From: a virus
Taxonomy: Duplodnaviria; Caudoviricetes
Strand: one strand, 5' to 3'
IMG/VR virus record: IMGVR_UViG_3300031949_000061
Coordinates: 1 to 48,142 of that record
Length of the DNA: 48,142 nt
The notes under the pieces: model-generated
What the model saw: the letters and a program-made list of their open reading frames with translations, nothing else
The model's database searches: none
What the model was told of the DNA's origin: nothing
Part shown: positions 43,335 to 48,142 of the stretch, one piece after another
How positions within the stretch are numbered: position 1 is the stretch's first letter
Layout: every line of letters begins with the position of its first letter
Made by a program: the position numbers and the translations under genes

Positions 43335-43832
43335 CTCTCGTGTTTGTTCTAACTGGAATCGCTATGCTGTTGTACGCAGCAGTACGAGGTGCGAGATGAT
43401 TACTTTGTTTAGATTGTACATCCTGGGCGTGCGGGAAGGGTATCAGGATTCAGCGTTCGGTCTGAGTTGGGACGATGACGATGATCCGAGGAGTCGAGCT
43501 TACGAGGCGGGCAGGCGTCACGGTCTTAGATTGGGTAGACATTCGTGAAATGTTCATCCTGCATCAGTGCGAATGCTGAGCTATTCATTAGAACAGGCAA
43601 TGTATACTGGGTACTCTGCAAGCCATGCGGCCTAGTAATCCAGAATACCATGTCGAGCGAGAAGGGGTGAAAGTCCAATGGATCTGCTGGATCTGCTTGA
43701 CGGGGTGCTGGGTGACCCCTACGTTTCACGCGATGAAAAGGAAGAGATCAAGGCTACTGTACTGCGTCTGATCGACCGACTAGGTGAGATTGACCGGCTG
43801 GCCGAGGATCGTCAGGACGAAGATCACCAGTA

Positions 43833-43899
43833 GGCAACTAACCGGCAGGCTTGACAAGGCGTCAGGCGTGCGCTAGACTTTGGGTGTGGGCAAGAAAGC
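43833..43899 (+). promoter_or_regulatory. Early promoter module (near-duplicate of 45445-45510)
   Basis: GGCAACTAACCGGCAGGC-TTGACA-N17-TAGACT-TTGGGTGTGGGCAAG. Confidence 0.8.
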
Positions 43900-43922
43900 T
43901 CACCTAAACGGAAGAGGATAAG

Positions 43923-44873
43923 ATGAAGCCGAATGTGTTCGATGGGTTCTCACTGATTCGGGATCTGAAGGATCTTGATATGGCGTGCAAGGCTTTCGGG
44001 TTCGATTTTCCCGTCGCCAAGGTGCCGCTGAAGTTTGAGTACGAAGGGAAAGACGTGGTGTCTCCCTGCAACGAACAGATTGTTGCGATGGACAATGGCG
44101 ATGCGTTGGGTGTAGTTGGCCTGCTCTACACTATCGTGCCGTATCGTGAGGCTTTCGCGGCGGTGGATGAGCTTGTCAAGGGTGGTATTCGCATCCTTGG
44201 CGGGGCACTGCCGAACAAGCGGGAGCGGGCGTATCTGCTGCTGGAATCGAGTGGCTCGATCAAGCTGAGTGAGGGCGATGAGATCGTCAATCGTTTCGTG
44301 ATGACCTCCTCGCATGATGGCGGCAGCAAGATCGAGATTCGCATGACTCCGTTCCGTAAGGTAAACGGCACGGCGCTCACGGTCGATGCGACGCGCCCGC
44401 TAGCATTCAAACACACCCCCGGGGTGAATGGACGGATCAATCGCGCTCGAAAGATCTTCTCCAACGTGAACAAGTCATGGGATGAGTTTGCCGCCAACGT
44501 GGCGAAGATGATTACCGTGAGTGTGACCGATGATGAGGCGAAGGCTTTCATCAATAACGTGCTCGGCGAGTCGGATAGCACCCGGATGGAGCACATCAAG
44601 GGTGACATCTACGCTACGTTCAAGACGGGCACCGCATGTGTAATGCCTCGCTGCAAGGGTACGGTATTCGGACTCGTGCAGGCTTTCGCTGAGTGGGCCG
44701 ACCACGGACGTACCGTGCGGCAGAGCAAGCGGCGGGACGAGAAGTCGGCTGGCATCGATGCGCGGCTCATTTCGGATTCCGCGAAGAAGAAGCAGCGGGC
44801 TTTCTCTACCGCCCTCTGGTTCCTCAAGACGAAGAAGCTGGCGACGAACGCGGTGGGGGCTGTCAATGCTTAG
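43923..44873 (+). CDS. DUF932/DUF945-like phage-plasmid protein
   Basis: LGVVG..Y..V...EAF, SSHDGG..IEIRMTP.R, KHT, GTVFGLVQAFAEWADH. Confidence 0.8.
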   Translation: MKPNVFDGFSLIRDLKDLDMACKAFGFDFPVAKVPLKFEYEGKDVVSPCNEQIVAMDNGDALGVVGLLYTIVPYREAFAAVDELVKGGIRILGGALPNKRERAYLLLESSGSIKLSEGDEIVNRFVMTSSHDGGSKIEIRMTPFRKVNGTALTVDATRPLAFKHTPGVNGRINRARKIFSNVNKSWDEFAANVAKMITVSVTDDEAKAFINNVLGESDSTRMEHIKGDIYATFKTGTACVMPRCKGTVFGLVQAFAEWADHGRTVRQSKRRDEKSAGIDARLISDSAKKKQRAFSTALWFLKTKKLATNAVGAVNA

Positions 44874-45385
44874 TGATCCGGTAGTTTGCCCTATCTGTGG
44901 GCTGGTGTTCGAGAGACGAGGAGAGACGAAGCCCATCGGGCGTGGGTACAGGGCGTGCCTTGAATGCTACGATGAGCACAATCTGAGCGATCCGAACGAG
45001 CGCGACAACGCGCTGTTTGATCTCGCTGAGGAGAATGCGTAATGAAGATTATCATTGAGCATAATGAGTTGCTGAGCATTATTGCCGCAAGTATTGATAA
45101 TCACCTGACCACGGAAAATGTTACGCCGGAAGATGTCTGTTTGAGAGTAGACGGAAGGACTGTTCAGGCTATCATTCAGCTTGGGGCAGAGAAATGAGCA
45201 TCCGATACGTTTATCATTTTGGCAGTGGCACCTACATGGATGTGGAGGAGTGTGTCGTTCTTGAGGTGACCGATGAGGTGGCCGAGGCAGTAGAGCGAGG
45301 GGACGTGCCCATCAATGACTGCACAGTAGAGCGTGAAAGTTCGCTGAGGGTTGTCCTCGCGGACCTTTGGGGCGACCTAGACTAA
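44866..45385 (+). CDS. Three small coupled hypothetical genes (44866-45042 Zn-binding, 45042-45197, 45194-45385)
   Basis: TAATG/ATGA coupling; CPIC...CLEC in the first. Confidence 0.55.
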
Positions 45386-45444
45386 CTGAGTCGGCCGATG
45401 GTGGGACTAGAGAGCCGGGACCATACCGGACCCCACCACCAACC

Positions 45445-45510
45445 GGCAACTAACCGGCAGGCTTGACACGGGGTCAGCCTGCGCTAAGCTTTAGGTGTGG
45501 GCAAGGGAGC
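45445..45510 (+). promoter_or_regulatory. Early promoter module (near-duplicate of 43833-43899)
   Basis: GGCAACTAACCGGCAGGC-TTGACA-N16-TAAGCT-TTAGGTGTGGGCAAG. Confidence 0.8.
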
Positions 45511-45531
45511 CCGCATAGAGGAGAATAGATC

Positions 45532-46752
45532 GTGGCTACGAAGAGCAACATGGACCTGGACTACGCTGTCATCGGTATGTCCCTGGCGGAGATCGAAGAG
45601 GTAATCGTTCATACGTTCGCTGGTGCCCTCGCTGACAAGACGCTTCCTCAGGCTATCATGATCTGTGGCGCGCCGGGCGTGGGCAAGACGTTCACCGTAT
45701 ATGATGCGGTGGAGCAGATCAAGAAACTGACGGGAGTGAGCGAGGTCGAAATCTACGATCAGCTTACCTCCACTCTGGAGCCGTCGGACGTTGCCGGTGT
45801 GCCCTTCCCGAAGGAAGTCGGTGATGGGTACCGCATCGTCGAGAATGTGCCGCCCGATTGGGCATGGTATATCTCGGAGGAGTATGAGAAGTTCCGACAG
45901 AAGTCGGACAAGAGCTTCAAGGCTCCCCCGGCTATCATCATGTTCGATGACATCGCTGCCGCTCACTTCCAGACGCAGAACGCTTTCTACAAGGGCGTTC
46001 ATCAGGGTATGTGGGGCACGTTCCATCAGCGGGCGAACGTGCTTCTCATCGCAGCGGGTAACCGACAGCAGGACAATACGGGTGCAAACGATATGCCCCG
46101 TGCGCTTGCTTCTCGGTTCATCCATTGCTATGCCAACCCGACGGTTGAGGGCTGGCTGAAGTGGGGCACGGGCAAGGGGAACATTCACCCCCTGGTCATC
46201 GGCTACATTCGGCGTTGCAATGAGGATCTTCTGGAGTTCAACGTCGAGGTTGCCAATCGCGAGGAGAAGCCGTATGCTTGCCCTCGTACTTGGCAGATGG
46301 TGAGTCGTCTGCTCTGGCAGGATCGGCTCAAGCCCAATCAGTCTGGACTGTTCGACAAGCTGGTGATGGGTGCCATCGGTCGTGGAGTTGCCACGAAGTT
46401 CCTGGGCTATCTTCAGAACACCACGGCGGTCGTTCCGCCCGAGGTGATCGTGAAGAGCCCCGAAACTGCACCGGTGCCCGGGGTGCGAGCGCTCGATGCC
46501 CTCTATGCTACGGAGTCATCGCTTGAGTACTACATCAAGCAGAACCCGCAGCACTGGAAGGCTGGGCTGCTCTACGCTACGCGGAAGGAAATGCTGGACG
46601 AGGTAGGCGTGTTGCTTGCCTATTCAGTGATGAGCGTGATCAATACCTTCCCCGAGAAGCAGCGGCAGGCTGCGCTGCTCGACCTCGATCTGTTCGACAA
46701 GGTGTACGAACGTTACTCAGACATCATTCAGACGGTGGAGAACAACGACTAA
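45532..46752 (+). CDS. AAA+ ATPase (MoxR-related/dynein-related clade)
   Basis: GAPGVGKT, DVAGVP, IMFDDI, AAGNR, ALASRF, ACPRTW. Confidence 0.9.
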   Translation: MATKSNMDLDYAVIGMSLAEIEEVIVHTFAGALADKTLPQAIMICGAPGVGKTFTVYDAVEQIKKLTGVSEVEIYDQLTSTLEPSDVAGVPFPKEVGDGYRIVENVPPDWAWYISEEYEKFRQKSDKSFKAPPAIIMFDDIAAAHFQTQNAFYKGVHQGMWGTFHQRANVLLIAAGNRQQDNTGANDMPRALASRFIHCYANPTVEGWLKWGTGKGNIHPLVIGYIRRCNEDLLEFNVEVANREEKPYACPRTWQMVSRLLWQDRLKPNQSGLFDKLVMGAIGRGVATKFLGYLQNTTAVVPPEVIVKSPETAPVPGVRALDALYATESSLEYYIKQNPQHWKAGLLYATRKEMLDEVGVLLAYSVMSVINTFPEKQRQAALLDLDLFDKVYERYSDIIQTVENND

Positions 46753-46839
46753 TAGGAAGATGAAGAATCCCATAGCCTTGTAATGGAGACTTCGCATAGG
46801 AAACTATGCGATGTGGGGCTGTGGGATTCGATTTTCCTG
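46753..46839 (+). other. Long intergenic hairpin capped by a GAAA tetraloop
   Basis: GAATCCCATAGCC/GGCTGTGGGATTC outer stem, TCGCATAG-GAAA-CTATGCGA inner stem. Confidence 0.7.
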
Positions 46840-46851
46840 TAGGGAGTTGAC

Positions 46852-47253
46852 GTGTCGCTATTTACTCATCTGAAGAAAGCAACATTCGAGTCGTCGTTTG
46901 TTTGTCCATACACGCTAACGGACTCTCTCTTGCGTGACCCTCATATTCTCACGAGGCCAATGTTACTTGAACATAACTATGGTGGTAAGTTCAGGGAGAT
47001 TCAGCACTCTAAGAATCATGTGATGTGGGCACTGATTCATCCCTGGTACGAGGTTGGTGTCAGGTATACTGACCGGCCGATGATCTCGGCCAGTGAGGCT
47101 GACCAGGTCTATCTACTCAAACATTATCATCAACGGTCGGAGTTGGTGGTCAGCGTGGGTCGCCTTGACAAGCGGGAATGGTTCTGCTACACTTGTGGTG
47201 ACAAGGTTCCGCTGGCGGTATTGTTCCGCGCAGCATTTAGGGGGATGAAATGA
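46852..47253 (+). CDS. Hypothetical Zn-binding protein (family A)
   Basis: LKHYH...WFCYTCGDKVPLAVLFRAAF. Confidence 0.65.
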   Translation: MSLFTHLKKATFESSFVCPYTLTDSLLRDPHILTRPMLLEHNYGGKFREIQHSKNHVMWALIHPWYEVGVRYTDRPMISASEADQVYLLKHYHQRSELVVSVGRLDKREWFCYTCGDKVPLAVLFRAAFRGMK

Positions 47254-48142
47254 GCAATCTAACGTCGGCTGCCGATAAGAAAGGATTCGATCCGGCCTCT
47301 TTCTACCGGGATACTCCGAAGTCGGGGACTCCTGCGGCAGAGCTTCTTAGCTCCGCTCGATTGACTCTGCTTCGGAAGTATCCGTTCTACGGTAAGATCG
47401 CAATGAGTATGGTGCTGGTCCCGACGGATCAAGTGCCGACTACTGCGGTCGATCCTAAAGGTCGGATGTACTACAATCCGAAGTGGGTGAATGCCTTCAC
47501 GTTCGAGGATGCGGTGTTCGAGTTTGCCCATGAGGCGACGCACATTGTGCAGCGCCTCTTCGGTCGGCGCGGCAATCGCAATCAGGGTATCTTCAATGTT
47601 GCGGCTGACCTTTGCGCGGATACGCAGCTTGTTGACTCTGGCCTGAAGCAGAGCTTCTGCTCCGATCTGGTGATTGGGCAGGAGCAGTTTGATCTGGTTC
47701 ATGGACTGAAGCGAGTTGAGCCTGTCTATGATCATCTGCTTCAAAAGGCAAAGGACAATGAGGATTGCCCGGCCTGCAAGCAGGCGCTTGAGGATATCTC
47801 CAAGCTGAGCGGCAAGGAAGATGCCGAGGATAGCAAGGCCCGCGAGGAAGCTGCGAAGGGCGACGGAGAGGGCGACGGCGGCGAGGGCGAAGGGCAAGGC
47901 GACGCCAAGGGTGAGGGCAAGGGTAACGGCTGCGGTGGCGACAAGCCTAGCCCGAAGCATACTTGCGGCAGCGTGAGAAAGTGCTGCGCTGGCACCTCTG
48001 CTGACATTGAGAAGGCTAGCCCGGCTGACGTGCAGAAAGCCATCCAGAACGTCATCGCTGCGAAGATGTACGCCGAGGGGAAGGGCAACATGCCCGGCTT
48101 CCTTAGCGAGCAGATCGATGAGCTTACTCGGAGCAAGGTGCG
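47250..48142 (+). CDS. DUF2201-like metallopeptidase (vWA-associated) protein, truncated by the window end
   Basis: Own translation from ATG 47250: ARLTLLRKYPFYG, PTTAVD, YYNPKWV, AHEATH (HExxH), FNVAAD, Gly/Glu linker; typical partner of the upstream ATPase. Confidence 0.85.
   Translation, partial: MSNLTSAADKKGFDPASFYRDTPKSGTPAAELLSSARLTLLRKYPFYGKIAMSMVLVPTDQVPTTAVDPKGRMYYNPKWVNAFTFEDAVFEFAHEATHIVQRLFGRRGNRNQGIFNVAADLCADTQLVDSGLKQSFCSDLVIGQEQFDLVHGLKRVEPVYDHLLQKAKDNEDCPACKQALEDISKLSGKEDAEDSKAREEAAKGDGEGDGGEGEGQGDAKGEGKGNGCGGDKPSPKHTCGSVRKCCAGTSADIEKASPADVQKAIQNVIAAKMYAEGKGNMPGFLSEQIDELTRSKV

Noticed and set aside
46800-46845. tRNA-like GGGATTCGATT segment
   Set aside because: It is one arm of a long simple hairpin; no cloverleaf or acceptor stem.
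1-48142. Alternative genetic code explaining the odd catalytic residues
   Set aside because: Genes are full length under code 11, all three stops are used, and the substitutions (D to A, D to R, N to V, H to Y) involve unrelated codons.

Overview
A 48 kb segment of a tailed dsDNA bacteriophage genome (Caudoviricetes; podovirus/P22-like portal, scaffold and capsid). No tRNA, rRNA or CRISPR array was recognised. Bases 1-31.4 kb are mostly a leftward late region. Read right to left it holds lysis genes, a terminase with an apparent N-terminal TerS domain, a six-gene glycan-modification cassette, fibre-like virion proteins, portal, scaffold and major capsid protein, with four free-standing homing endonucleases. 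A rightward island at 18.5-21.9 kb (tyrosine recombinase, degenerate phosphoesterase, HTH protein) interrupts it. Eight copies of a 37-bp phage-specific promoter-like element (nGGACn-N18-TATTATCTAATAG) head these operons, including two back-to-back pairs. Bases 32-35 kb carry arrays of paralogous small Zn-finger proteins. The most striking feature is the ~2 kb non-coding block at 35.1-37.1 kb. It packs eight sigma54 (-24/-12) consensus sites in both orientations, six fixed-spacing IHF-like composite sites, tandem palindromes and further short repeats. Bases 37.1-48.1 kb are a rightward early region of small genes behind sigma70-type promoters, with structured intergenic RNAs, a PTP-like phosphatase, a DUF932-like protein and an AAA ATPase plus metallopeptidase(/vWA) pair. 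All family assignments come from motifs read by eye; no database search was run.
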